Positions 1 through 13,332 of a stretch of 64,000 nucleotides of DNA are shown here, one piece after another. Position numbers and translations under genes: made by a program. Numbering within the stretch: the first letter of the stretch is position 1; each line of letters opens with the position of its first letter. Below the pieces are notes generated by a model, which did not search any database, was not told the DNA's origin, and saw only the letters and a program-made list of their open reading frames with translations. Source of the stretch: Antechinus flavipes (Eukaryota); the NCBI RefSeq assembly GCF_016432865.1, contig NC_067399.1:507532001-507596000 (forward strand). Reading direction: 5' to 3'.

Positions 1-29
1 CATGTTGGGAGAGAAAAATCAGACTGAAT

Positions 30-660
30 GGAAAAACCATGGGAGAGATTAAAAAGAAACAGAAAAAAGAATTAAATATGGCACGTGTTGATTTACATTC
101 ATTCCCCTTAATTTTTTTTCTGAATGCAGATGACATTTTCTGCCAAAATCTATTGGGACTGCTTTGGGTCACTGAACTACTGAGAAGAATCAAGTTTTAC
201 ATAGTTGATCATCATATTTCTTGCTGTTACTATGTACAATATATTCTTGGTTCTGCTGCTTTCACTCAGTATCAGTTCATGTAGAGTTTTCCAGGCCTTT
301 CTAAAATCAGCTTGGTTGTCATTTTTTATAGAACAATAATATTCCATTACCTTCATATACCACAACTTATTCAGCCATTCCCTAATTAAGAGCATCTACT
401 CATTTTTCAATTCTTTTTAACCCAAAAGAGCAGCTACAAACATTTTTGTACAAGTTGATTCTTTTCTCTCCTTTATGATTTTCCTTTATGGTACTACTAG
501 GTCAAAGGGTATGCACATATTTTGATGGTCCTGTGGCCATAGGTCTAGATTCTCTCCAGAATGGTTGAATTATTTTACATCTCTACCAACAATGTATTAG
601 TGTTCCAGTTTTCCACATCCCCTATATCCCATTCCTACATCCATTATCTTTTCCTGTCCT
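30..660 (-). mobile_element. L1 LINE 3' fragment (ORF2 C-terminus and 3' UTR)
   Basis: ORF 177..395 reads EWLNKLWYMKVMEYYCSIKNDNQADFRKAWKTLHELILSE, a typical L1 ORF2 C-terminus. Degenerate similarity continues to about 660. Confidence 0.85.
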
Positions 661-689
661 AACACTGGCCTTTCTAAAAAAAAATATGT

Positions 690-890
690 CTCATTCCACA
701 TCTTGGAGATAAGTAGATTGTTCATCATGAGTTCTCTGGAATTGCAGTTTGTTATTGCATTGCTTAGAATTTTTAAGTCTCTTAAAGTTATTTATCTTTA
801 CTATCCTATTGTTATTGTACTTACTGTTTTCCAGATTCAACTCATTTCATTCTGCAAAAATTCATATAAATCTTCTCATGTTTTTCTGAC
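690..890 (-). mobile_element. Second, older L1 3' fragment
   Basis: Degenerate match to the same ORF2-end/3' UTR segment seen at about 200-300 and 35750-35880 (…cagattcaactcatttcattctgcaaaaattcatataaatcttctcatgtttttctga). Confidence 0.6.
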
Positions 891-904
891 ATTTTATTGT
901 TTCT

Positions 905-1110
905 TGTGGATGATACATTCCCCAAGTGATAAAGTCAAAGAACATGAACAGTTTTCAAAAGAAGAAAGCATATGATGAAACCATATAAAAACCCTCTAGA
1001 TCACTAGTAATCAGAGAAAGGCAAATTAAAGCATCCATGAGATTCTATATCATATTCATCAAATTGACAAGATAGACTTAAAAGGAAAAGCTGAGTTTTG
1101 ACAAGGTATT
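905..1110 (+). mobile_element. L1 ORF2 fragment on the + strand
   Basis: Frameshifted translation resembles HSPIDKWSKDMNRQFSKEE…SLVIRERQIKASMRFY, the L1 ORF2 segment just upstream of the Cys-rich domain. Confidence 0.65.
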
Positions 1111-2192
1111 TAGATCAGCTTTCTGGGCACTGAGACAGTCCCTTGGTGTGAAATAAAATAGGTAATTGTAGGAATTTGATCCAAGTTCTGGTTTTCTAAG
1201 TTTTCGTCAATTCTCCCTTCTCTGGGTTAGCCTCTTAGATATGTACCTATAGAAGCAGACAGCTCTAGGCAACTGTTCTGAATCTTGCCACGTAAAATGT
1301 TGAGTTTTAGAAGTAAAGAATTTCCTAATTCATTTTTAAAACCCAGATCATTAGATCATAATCTGTTCTCAACTGTGAGACTTCTCATGAAGGGTTCTGT
1401 TAGAACTGTGTTTTGAATCTAAGTGAACTCTCAAACCTTATTTTTCTTCTGTTCTGAATCACATTTTGCTGATGCAAAAATGGATGAGATTCAGTTGTCT
1501 GAAGTGCTCAGGTGAAATAAGAGTAGATATTGGCTTTATCCCTCTCATATATATTCAAATATCCTTCTTTCCCTTTGCTAAATAAAATCTTATCCATCAT
1601 TTAAATATCAGCTGAAGTTCCTTTCTCCTCTGGGAAAACTTCCTTGGTTAGTCTCTCTCTAACTGTCCATTTACCATTTCCTTCAGAGAACCATAGAAAC
1701 TAGATGTAAGACACTTTTTTTAAGATACAATTTTACTAACAAAACATCTAAATAAACTCAATAAACTAAACTCAAATTCTTTCCGAATTCTCTTTTTATC
1801 TTTGTTAACATACACACACATATTTGCATTTTTTTTTTGTATGGCTAACCATAGAGTGTGGTAGAAGAATCTAACACTTAGAAGGTAATTAGTGGCCAGA
1901 AGCATTCTTGGTAATTTAAATAGATTCATAGATGGATGAATGGATAGATAGATGCATACATACATACATATATACATACATGTATATATTTAGTGCCATC
2001 TCATTCTCTCATTATTTTAGTTGAATCAGCTTAATGGGTAATGACTTTCTCAAGATTACTCAGGTATGATTAGAACCCAGGAATCTTGATTCCTAAATCA
2101 GTCCTCCTTCCCCTATAGCATGTTGCCTGGCTATGTGAGTGTGTAAAATTTTGTTTCAGGTTCTGATTTGAGTTATGCTCAGTATAGATATG

Positions 2193-2443
2193 CAGAGATG
2201 TGCTTGAATCAGCTTGTACCAACTCAGGACAACCAATTATTAAATTTACAGTATGAGCATTTACACTTTGGAAATTGGCAAATGCTACAAATCAGGACTT
2301 GATTTATTGTTTTGTTCATTGTCCAGACTTAAGAAGGTAAAGGAGAAAATGTTAATGATATGAATTTAATTTAAAAGTGTGTCATACATGCATTTGTTTT
2401 TCAAGAGAGCTGTTGAAAACCATTTACCAGTGCATACCCCCTG
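2193..2443 (+). mobile_element. About 240-bp marsupial non-autonomous TIR element (MITE-like), copy 1
   Basis: Shares the internal sequence gctacaaatcagg…gatttattgtttt…tagactt…gaaaatgttaat with copies at 33535-33748 (-) and 50912-51135 (+). Confidence 0.7.
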
Positions 2444-2914
2444 TGTAGTCATAGAAGTTATAGTTATAGTTATAGTATAGATGGAAGGGACCTTAGAGAT
2501 CATCTTCTATAATCATCTCACTTTGCAGATGGGGATATCATAGCCTAGAGAGATTGTGACTTAAACTATATCACAAGACAAGACTGGAATCGTGAAATTG
2601 TTTTTCAAATATAAGTCTTTTGGTTACAAATCCATTTTTTTGTTATTGTATTTTTTTTTGTTTTTATTGTATTATCTCAAGGAGTTCTACAAACACAGTA
2701 AACATGTATTCAGACATTCAGGATTTGAATTTTGGCTTTGCCATTTACTAGTTACATGACCCCAAACAAGTCCCTTCTTTTCTCTTAGGCTCAGTTTCCT
2801 CATCTGTTAAATGAGGGCAATTGTATTATCCAACCCAGAAAGTTGTGCAACTCAGATGAGATAATGTGATTATTTTGTGATCCTTTAAGCTTTATATTAA
2901 TATATGCTATTGTT

Positions 2915-2918
<4 letters not shown>

Positions 2919-2962
<44 letters not shown>

Positions 2963-2966
2963 TGTG
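2919..2966. repeat. (TG)n microsatellite
   Basis: Seen directly. Confidence 0.95.
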
Positions 2967-4149
2967 AGAAACTGCTTACCATTGTATCTTTGGATCTTTT
3001 ATAGGTATTTTTCATTGCCACTGTGATGTTAATCACTTGAAGCAAGTTCTCATTTCTATATGTGAAAGGGAAGATTGGTGAATACAATATAACTTGCAGG
3101 AAATACACATGTACATATATGTCTATAATATATATGTATACATATCCATATGCAAAAATGTAGCATTATAACTTACCAAAATATGGTATATTAGTTTGTA
3201 GCAAGCTTTGTCTGTTTCCATTACAAATAATGGAACCTCTTTCAGCAAGTGGTTTTTGCACCTAATCTTGATCTATATACTCTGATGTTTAATTGTACTA
3301 CCTTCAATTCAACAATCATTAAATCACTACTGTGTACAGCATCTTGTCCCAGTTGCAAAGGGATGTGAACAAGTTTAAATAAAATATAATCTTTGATTCA
3401 ATTTGAGGGGAGCATATAATTAGCTCACTATAATGCATGACATGGTAAGTGTGTTACAAAAATGTAAATAAAATGATATATGAGGTCCACGGGTCAGGAA
3501 GGGAGATAAGGGAAGACTTTCTTCAGATAGAGACATTTGAGTTAGAACTTAAAATGCCATAATCTGAGTAGTTATTTCTAACTTCTGTTGTTAAAAATAT
3601 GTTTCAGTACATCCGTTTTCTCTCCCTCTGCTGACAAAAACTATGTCTCTTCTGTTCTCTCTACCTAGAGAGTCCTATCAAAGGCAGCGAGGTGGTATAG
3701 TGGATAGAAAGAAGATTATAGAGTCAGGAAGACCTGAGTTCAAATACTGTCTTAGATCCTTACTAGAGTTGTAATTTAATCTCTCTTTTCCTTATGGGGA
3801 TACAGTCTCATCTGTAAATAGTACCTACCTCACAAGGTTGTTTTGAAGACTAAATGAAGGTTAAATGAGTTAGCATATGGAATGTGTTTTACAAACATCA
3901 AAGCTAGATGTTGTTTTCATGGGCATATTTAAGTTAATATAAATTAAACTGCATGTACTGGGTGAAAAAGAAAAACCCCAAACCAGAGACAGTGGGCATG
4001 AAATCATAGATTTCTCCATCTGGAGATACTTCAGTGGTATATAGTACAATCCACTCATTTTATAGACATGGAAACCAAGGCCCAGGAATGTTAAATGCCT
4101 TGCCTAAGGTCACACATGTAATAATCATCAGATTCAACTTTGGGTGCTA

Positions 4150-4600
4150 TATTTTAAGAAAGATACTGACAAGCTAGAGTTTAGCAAAGAAAAGTAATTG
4201 GTATGAATAAATGATCTGGGGTGGGGACCATTTCACATAAGAAAACCTAATTAGGTTGCTGAGCTTGGAGGAAAAAAAAGAATGACTTACAGGGAACATT
4301 TTAGCTATTGTCAAGTATTCCAAGGGTTGTCATATGTGAGAGTATTACCTTTTTTTTACCCACAGAGGATAGAAATAGGAACAATAGGTGGAAAGATAGA
4401 TTTTGGCTCATAGTGAGGAAAAACTTAATATTAACAAAAGCTGTCCAAAAATGAAATGGGAATGATTGAGGTGGGAGTAGATTCCCCTTACTAAAAGCCT
4501 TTCCAATAGAAGTTAAATGTCCATTTGTTTGGATTCTTGGACTAATGACCATCTTAGAGTATATGACTTTTGAGATCCCTTCTAACTTTGAATTCTGCGA
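4150..4600 (+). mobile_element. L3/CR1 LINE 3' end
   Basis: Decayed translation resembles FKKDIDKLE…AIVKY.KGCH…RFWL.VRKNL, followed by a CR1-type tail (gagatcccttctaactttgaattctg). Confidence 0.7.
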
Positions 4601-5049
4601 TTAAAAAATCCCTATCTTTCCAAGATAATGAGGGCTTTTTGGCATAAGTAGCACATATCAACTATCTTTGCTGAATGAATTATTGAGGTAATTTTGCTTC
4701 TTTTTTTTTGCATTAAGATAAACTCACTTAAATCCTTTTCATATTTCAAGGTGAAGTCCCATTGTTTATGGAAATTTTGCTGAATGACTCTAGGATTCCT
4801 TAATTCTGTGAAATCCAAGAGCCTTTAGAGTCTACCTAACTTATTGGGCACGGGGGAAATGAGACCTTAGGCTGGCATTGAGCTCTTTGTGTCTTTCACT
4901 CTGCAATCTCAGAGCCTAGAAAAGTACCAAACTCCTTGAAGTCAGAAGCCCTGACTGGCATTACAGCTAGAGAATGAGTTATATATGTTTAGAAGATTCA
5001 AGGTATAAATTTATTTTGTATGACTATTATGTGTTACAAAGTGAGACTT

Positions 5050-5375
5050 TAATTTAGCCAAATGGTTGAAGATAGGAAGAAGTAAATAGGTAATGATAAT
5101 AATGCAAAAATAAAGGACAAAAGAAGAAAAAGTTATTGATGAAATGTTAAAAAAAATACAGAAAAGAAAGCAGGAGAAAGTTCAGAAATAGAGTCAGATA
5201 AGTAGGGCACTATTGGTATTACTGTGTAAAATTTAATTTACATTAAAAAAAAAACCTAAGATATATGTGAAAAATTTCATGGTTTCATATACAATCTTCT
5301 TTTTATGTTATCTATTTAACAAATTCGATATTTGTTGATGTTTAAGTTTATAATTTATTTGAAGAAAACTTTAAA
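5050..5375 (+). mobile_element. Old marsupial L1 3' UTR fragment
   Basis: aagaaagcaggagaaagttcagaa…tttcatggtttcatatacaatcttctttt resembles the recalled marsupial L1 3' UTR, ending in an A-rich tract. Confidence 0.55.
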
Positions 5376-8300
5376 AATGAGTAACCAGAAAAGCCCTAAT
5401 CTTAACTTCTTCATGCTGTGTGCTTTTAGGAAAGTCATTCAAACTTTCTGGGTCTCAAGTTTTTATTCTTTTTTTTTTTTTTTTTTTTCCTTTTCAATTT
5501 TATCCCTGGGCCATTTCCTCAAATATGGCCTCTTTTCTCAATTCTGTTCAAAGGTTCATTAGTGTTCCTTTTTAATGTGGTATCACTGTTTACTCCCTTT
5601 AATCCATTTCTAAGACTACTTAAAAAAAACCTGCATTGCCCAGCTCTGATCATCTCATTGTCCTGCTGAAACATTTCCTTTGGCTGCTCATTGCTTAATG
5701 AATGATAATTTTCATTTAAGACTCTCCCTAAATGGAGCTCTTTATCTGGACTCCATAAACTTGTCACCAGACTGCCCAAAAGGTCTATAATATCAAAAAA
5801 GTTCAGAATGGTTAAGTCTGTCTTCAACCTATCTTTTTCAGCCCCTTCACAGAGTCTATGCTCCCAACAAGTTGAAATACTCACTTTACCCTACATTGTG
5901 TATCTTCTCTTAGTTTTTCTCAATTCAATTCAGCAAACATTTATTAAGACTCTACTGTGGCTAAGGCTTTATGCTAAGCTCTGGGGATAAACATATACAC
6001 ATGTGTATACACAAATACACACACATACACACACACATATCCATCCAAACATACCAAATCTAAACAAAACAGAAAAACACAGCAGTTCTCCACTTGAAAC
6101 TGCTGCTTAGCTGTTGGAGTGGAGGGAAAGAGAAAATATTATACACAAATAAAATTAGTTTACTTAAGCTGTTCTCCATAGGCCACTGTTTTTACATTTG
6201 TAAAGTGAGGGTTATGGACTCAATGTTTTCTAAATCCTTTCCAAAGCCACAATCCTATGATGTTTAGAAACCGCTTTTCTGTGGAGCTGCCCTTTCATGA
6301 GACAAGTGAGTTGTCATAAAAATACATATTTTCTGATATATGTTTAGCGATGTTATGTGACCTTTAAACTCTTTATTTCTCCAGATAGTGCCCTGATGAG
6401 TGAAATTGGCTGGAATCCCCAGTATCCAGTCAAGTTCAAGTCAGTTTGCACGCTTATGCAGGTGTTGCAGAAAGCAAACTCTTTGACAGACCAGTGGAAA
6501 ATTCGAATTGGCAAGAAAACTTTGCCAGGAAGTGTAAGCAGTAAGGTGGTAGGCAAATCTCCTTGTTTTTGCTCCTTGGACCATGTGCCCTCTAGCCACA
6601 TCTCCTTTGGCCCTAGAACAAGTTTGGTTTGCCTTTCCAAATTGCCTTTTTCTTCCCCTTTACAAGCAGGAAGCTCTCTTGCTTTTTTTTTTTTTTTTTT
6701 TTTTTTTAAGTCTATAGGCACCGAGGCAATACTTTCTTGAATTAATTTATTTGTGTTTGGATATTTGATTTGGAGACAGAGGGAGATCTAGATTTAAAAA
6801 TAGTGTGTGCCACAATTGGCTTTAGTCCAATGACTCAAGGAGATTAAGCCCAAAAGGAGGAAACCCAGAATTAAATGGAATAGTAAAGGAAATATAGAAC
6901 CTGAGTATGTGGTTAGACACAGCAATACCACAAAAAGAAATATAAGGTAGGGAATGCTTTGGCAGTTATGGTCTCTGTAATTTGGTCTTACTTCAAGTTT
7001 TCACAGACTACATGGTCCCTCAAGGTTGCTCACGCTCTCCAATGAAAACTTTGCAATTTCCTCAGTCCATAATAGAAACATAGCCTGGATAAAATCTCAT
7101 TATCCCAAAAGACAGAACTTGATTCCCTCAGCAAAATGCCCTAGGCTCATAGACTGCCAATGACAACATTCAACCCCCTTGAATCAGAGTCTAATTCTCA
7201 CTTTGCTGAGACTGTGGGCTGGATAAGTTAACATACACTACAGGGGAGTTAGGCATGAGGGGAGTGGAGGGTATTCAGTGAAGTGAAACAAGCTTATGAT
7301 GACCATTAAGAGCTCTGGTTAAAGGCTTTTAGGAACTGAGTACTTCACATAATGGATAAAACCCAAAGTAGGCTTTGTCTGTTTGGGCAGTAGGAGACAG
7401 ATTCAGCATTCCAGAGAGAAAAGGGGAGATGCTCTTATAGACTCATCTCAGTTGGGGACTAAGTAAAAGATGCTAATGTATATAGCCTACCTTAAGTGTG
7501 TCTGCTTCTAATGCTTACATTTTCATAGGTGAGTGAGACTTGTGTCACCTGTCTAGGGCGTTGTGTGCTTCATTACAGTGAACACATCTCAAATCACCAT
7601 CCTCAGTTCAGAGGAATTGAGGCTTTGGAAGCTGAGAATCATGTGCTGTATTCTAATGACTAAAAAAAAAAAATACAATAAGAATTGAGAAAACTATATT
7701 CCAAGCTTGACTTTTATGACCTTAGACAAATTACCTAACTTTATGTCCCTCAGTTTTCTCATCTATATAACTGGGATCAAAACTTTTTACTTCACAGAAC
7801 TGCATGGGGAAAAATAAATGCCAGTTATGAAAATACTGTACAAACAATTTAAGCAGTGGTATTATTCCTTACATAACATATAAATAGAGGAGAAACTCTT
7901 GTCTACAGTGATTTCCACATTACTCAGGGGCACTGGGTTAAGGAGAAGTAGGATTAATAACTGACTTCTATGGAATATGTTAATGTTTTCAAAGCACTTT
8001 AATATTTAGATAGATTCCTATAGTACAGTCAGAAGTCAATGGAGTCAGATCCATTTTTTTTTAATCAATTCACTCTTTTAACATAATCTCAATCCTTTTC
8101 AAATATTCTATCAGACAGGTAGATAGTTGGAGAAACTGAGGCTCAGAGAGCTTGAATGACTTGTTTGTTCTCATACATGTCAGAGATAGAATTTTAAACT
8201 ATGAAAGAGAAGACTGGGAAGGTGGACAGGGCAGATTGTAAAGGCTTTAGGATTGCAAAAGCTTTTATGTTGTGATCCCAGTTGTTGAATAAGGAATGAC

Positions 8301-8559
8301 ATGGTCAGATCCGTGTCTTAAGAAGATGATCTTGGCAATATAAACTTCTTGAGAGTAAGTTTTGTGTTATTCTTTGTATTTATATTCTTGATGCCTAGCA
8401 CAGTGCTTGGTGTACTACTTATTGAGAATTTTTTTGGGAGAATGTACATAGTTCAGTGTGACACTAGCCACAGTACATCTAAAGGAACTCAACCTTAATG
8501 AATTTCTGGCTTAGATGCCTATTTATGGAATCAGAAGTCAAATACATAAATAGCAATCT

Positions 8560-8880
8560 GTGATCTTATCAGCTCAAGAATTCCCTCTAAATATAATCCA
8601 CTTTTACACTTTCCTGGGCAGTTCTCATCCACGTCCTCCCAGAAGGTTACTATGGTGGGTCCACCCAATATGTTGGAATCTATGCTTGCTTTTTTCTGAC
8701 ATCATAAAGTTATGAGTAAAACACGATGGTTATTTACCTGTTACTCTCAATTCTTGCTGTAAAATCACTCTAGCTAGTCCTTCTGTAAATCAATTCTTTG
8801 ATGACATCTTTCACTCCTACTTCTCTTAGACAATCTTTGTTGGTTACACCATGCAGCCTAATCACCCTTCACACCTCATA
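8560..8880 (-). mobile_element. RTE-clade LINE 3' fragment
   Basis: Reverse complement resembles the RTE C-terminus (…GVKDVIKE…VLH…RWVDP…GRTWMRTAQ), homologous to 11800-12000 (+). Confidence 0.7.
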
Positions 8881-9839
8881 ATCATAATAATAATAGCTAG
8901 AATTGATATACCTACTAGGAACTGTACTATACACTGTATAATTATTATCTCATTTGGTTTTCACAATAATCCTGGTTATGTCTCAGTAAATGCCTCAATC
9001 TGGATTTGAACTCATATATTTCTGAATAGAGTTCTAATGTTCTATTCACTGTATTACCTAGGATATAGTGTAATGGTGATAAGGATTCTTGAAGAACAGG
9101 GAAGGAGTCATTAATACTGCTATGCTCATAGAAATCCTATAAGAGAGAAAGCCAGAGGGTATTCAATATATCTTATTTAAATCAGAAATCCATGAAGTTT
9201 CACTGTTATTTTAAATCAAATATAGGAATCACTCCATTTGCAAAGTGGCGGATTGTACCAATAAAAATGTAGGCTTCAAGGTATAAAAAGAACAGTAGAT
9301 AGAAAAAAAAGGAAAGAAAAAGAAAAAGACATATAGGTAGGTACTAGATTTATGAATTCATTGGCTCATGGAACTTCTAGGTAAGGAAAGTCCCTTTACC
9401 TATTCACACTGACACCTTCTCTGCAAATTGGTCAGTCAGTCAATAACAATTTACTGAGCACTTACCATGTATTAGACTAATCTTATCTAGAGTTCAGGAC
9501 AGAAAGTCTTCCCTGCAAGATACTGGAATAAAATCAATGCAGAGATATTAAAGTATTGGGGATTTTATTAAGATAGGAATTCCCTCTCCTAGAGGCAAAT
9601 CTCAAATCATTGAATAGACAATCTTAGAGAATGGTCTGACTGTTAGATGTGACATACAACATTTGAATCCAAGTCTTCCTTGAATCTCAAGTCTAGTGCT
9701 CTATTTACTAACTTCCATTGCCTTGGCATCAAATATCATGAATTTTTTATTTTTATTTTTGACCTTCCAAATTTTTATGAAAGTCATGTTCCCCTTTATT
9801 GATGATACTATTAATGAAGCAGGGAGGCTTTTGAAACAG

Positions 9840-10400
9840 TTAGTCATTCAGTCAACAGCATTAGAACAACAACTGGAATTTTGTACTAGGTTCCGTATTA
9901 ACCAATGGTAGTACCAAGAAAGGCAAAAACAGTCCCTGACCGCAAGAAGCTCTCATTCTCTTGGGGTGATGTCCTGTAGAAATTGCTTTTGAGCTGAATA
10001 TTGAAGGGAGTCAAGGAAGCTAGGATGCCAGAGTGAGAAGGGAGCTCATCCCAGGCATGAAGAACAGCCAGTAGAAAGAGAAAGAGGCAAGACATGGAGT
10101 GTAATATGAAAGGGGCATTAATCATCTACTGCAGTAGCATATGGAAAGGTGTAACATGTAATGGAGATGTAGGTAGGGACAAGACAAGGGATAGCTTTAA
10201 ATGTCAAAAAAAGAAGAGTTTATATTTGAGCCTTGCATTTAATAGAAAGTCATTGGTACTCATTGAAAAAGGAGGTGACATGATTAGATCAACATTATGG
10301 AAAATCACCTTGACAGCTGGATTATGGATGGATTAGAATGGGGAGAAACTTGAGAATGGGATACCAGTTAGAAAGCTATTCTCCATGCCTAGAATGTGCT
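9840..10400 (-). mobile_element. L2 LINE 3' fragment
   Basis: L2-type tail (cattcagtcaacagcatt…) plus purine-rich antisense L2 body. Confidence 0.6.
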
Positions 10401-10496
10401 CTCTCTTCATCTCTGCCTCTCTGTTTTCTTGGTATTCCACAAGGCTTAGCTTCTATCGTTATCCTTAATAGGAAGCTTTTTCTTTCAAAATATCTT

Positions 10497-10697
10497 NNNN
10501 NNNNNNNNNNNNNNNNNNNNNNNNNNNNNNNNNNNNNNNNNNNNNNNNNNNNNNNNNNNNNNNNNNNNNNNNNNNNNNNNNNNNNNNNNNNNNNNNNNNN
10601 NNNNNNNNNNNNNNNNNNNNNNNNNNNNNNNNNNNNNNNNNNNNNNNNNNNNNNNNNNNNNNNNNNNNNNNNNNNNNNNNNNNNNNNNNNNNNNNNN
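10497..10697. other. Assembly gap (201 N)
   Basis: Run of N. Confidence 1.
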
Positions 10698-10994
10698 TGT
10701 CTTGCATGTATTTATCTATTTTCAGATTATCCCTCCATGATAATCTATTCCTTTTGAGGACAGGAATTGTGCCTTTTGCTTTCCTTTGTTTCTTGAGCAT
10801 TTAGCATAGTTACTGTCTTGCTCACTCACTGACCTGTTAACTATTTTGATAATTTAAGGTAGCTGTGATCAGGGACTGACCCTGGGTGATTGCTCTGAGG
10901 CTGAAGAAAAGGGAACATTTAAGGATGTTATGAAGGCAAAATGACAAAATTTGGCAACAGAATATAAGATTATATTATGCTTCTTTTTGCTTTT

Positions 10995-12070
10995 TTTATG
11001 AAAGAATTTAATTTGTTTGAATAAAACATTACCTTAAAGCTATTCCCAAACAATGAATCTCATTATACCTTAAAATCAATCAAAATTCATTGAAAGGTAT
11101 TGCAACAGAGATGACTTTTTTTATTGATCTTCTGATCATAAACAGCAGAAAAGGTATAAAAGAAGGAGATATCTGTTCATCCACAAATGTTCGATACTCT
11201 AACGAAAGAGATCCAAGAAAGAGTTCAAGTTGATGAGTTAGTCATTAATGATCACCTTTAGATGATCCTATTTAGAGGTCATATCATTCAAGTTACATTG
11301 AACACTCAGAAAAATATTGTAACTGCTTTAAAAAGGTTTTAACGTGACTACACACACACACATATATATATACACACATGCATGCACACACATACACACT
11401 CGAGCATATACACACATACAAACCCAAATGGATGAAGATTGACTGATGTTCAGTTTAATATCATTTAATTGACAGGACAAGCTGAAGAGCCTATCTAATA
11501 GTAGTATCAGTAAAAGGTAGCACATATAGGAAAACAAATTGGACCTGGAATTAAATAAGAAAAGAAGATTAGTCTGAATTGCTCTTAGGAAATTGCAGAG
11601 GTTCTTTAATAACTTCAAATTTCTTCCTGAAACAAAGGCACATCTTTTAAATATCAGTATTTTATCAGTGTTATTATATGGCTCTGAGGCATAGTCTATA
11701 ACAGTCCCCAAGAGAACTGGAAATGAGTATACTGGGATGCAAGGGAAAGACCCATAAGCAGGCAGCAACATACCACAAATGAAAAACTTTGGGGGGCATG
11801 GCTATCATTAAGCAAACGTAAGATTGAAAGAGAAGATGGGTTACTTATAGGGCTAGAACAAAGGATGATAGATAACCTGAGCTTTCTAATAATAATGGGA
11901 AGAGACCAGGAGGAAGACTACCAGCTCATTGGCAAAAGTGTGGGACTTTTAGAGTGAACTTTTCAGAAGACGTGGTCAAAAGTAAGATAGGGATAGGTGA
12001 CTGCATATGTTGTGATCTGCAAAATGAAGGAAATATTCACATTGATTAAATCACAAATTCATTTGGATAT
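10995..12070 (+). mobile_element. RTE-clade LINE fragment (decayed RT domain and C-terminus), interrupted by a CA/TA microsatellite at about 11350-11420
   Basis: Frameshifted motifs resembling RG.KEGDICSS (QGD motif region), the LF(A)DD region, PETKAHLLN and LLYGSEA. Confidence 0.75.
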
Positions 12071-13134
12071 TTGAGACCTTTCACTAGAATTCCAATGGGA
12101 AGTACCTACTATGAACAAAAGCTTTTGTTGAAATACAAAGACAAAACAGACATATGCCTGCCCTCAGGGAGCTTATATTCAGTTGATTGGAACAAACATA
12201 TGAAGAGATAAATTCATACTTACTATTCAAGGGAAAATCCTCTACTGAAGATTAGATTACCTCTCAAGTCTACTCCAGTTTACAGTCAATAATCATGATC
12301 CTTTATCCTAGAATCTTTCCTGTAATCCTGACCAAAAGAATTATTGCTAGTGTGGAAATATAGCATTTGGGTACATAAGGGGATATTTCCCTTCCTTCTA
12401 TACACACACATATAAACATATACACAGATAGAGAAAGGGAGAGCAAGTATGGAGGAGGGAAGTGTAGAAGTGTAGAGGACCATATCATTATTTTTTTTTA
12501 AGATAAGATCAGGAGAGACTGAGATACATTAAGATAGTAGAAAGATCTTCTGGGCAACAAGAATGAAGAAGTAGACTGGACATAGAGCCTAAGAGACCAC
12601 TAGGGTGAGAACAAAGAGAGGCCAAAGGAAACATTCTACAAATCAATGAGTGGAGTCCACTGGCATCTGAGAAATACAGAAGAGTAGCTGTAGCTTTTGC
12701 TGAGCTCTCTGCTCTCCAGCAAAGTTGGTCAGTTGTTCATTCCCAGAAGAACATTGTAGAACCATCTTTTCACTTCCTCTGTAAGGCAGGGGATGGTGGT
12801 GGTTGTGGTAGAAATTTGATGTATTTCAAGTGGCTTGTTTGTGCTGGTTAAATAGTTAATGATGTTTCACCCATTTGATTTTCTTGTCCCTGATGAAAAA
12901 TTCATCAAAAGGCTATATTTACAATGTCCTTTGTAGATCCTGGTCCCTGGATTTTTTCCAAGAAAAACATGCAAGATGCTGGTATTGACTAGATTTGTGC
13001 TCATAGATTGCTCATTTATGGTTTCTAGCTGTTGACTTCCTGCCAGGAGAGCTGGTCTAAGCATTAGATAGATGAGGGAGGTTGCTTTTTTGGAAGATTC
13101 TGAGATTTTATCCGATTTAAGGACATTTTGAAGA

Positions 13135-13320
13135 AAGTTTCTCTCTGTGTTTTTCTTTCTTCCTTTCTTATATTCTCTACTTCTTTCTATTTCTGTTTCA
13201 TTGTCTTTTTCTATGTCTAGTTTCTCTTTGTCTCTCTCAGTTTCTGTCTCTCTCTCCTTGTCTTTGTTTCTCTTACTCTGTTTCTGTTTCTGTGTGTTTT
13301 TCTCTGTTTCTCTCTTGGTT
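13135..13320. repeat. Polypyrimidine (TC/TGTC) low-complexity tract
   Basis: Seen directly; sits at the 3' end of the antisense 7SL copy. Confidence 0.85.
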
Positions 13321-13332
13321 TTCTAAGCCAAT

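Noticed and set aside
6353-6740. Overlapping 127-aa (+) and 122-aa (-) ORFs with an acceptor-like ttctccag at 6384
   Set aside because: No recognisable protein. The open frame is out of phase with the phase-0 intron 4, and in-frame use gives ATA GTG CCC TGA. Both ORFs run into a poly-T/A tract.
8629-11970. CCACGT/ACGTGG motifs at 8629 and about 11965 suggesting window-wide UPRE enrichment
   Set aside because: Both fall at the same position in RTE 3' ends, so they are repeat-derived.
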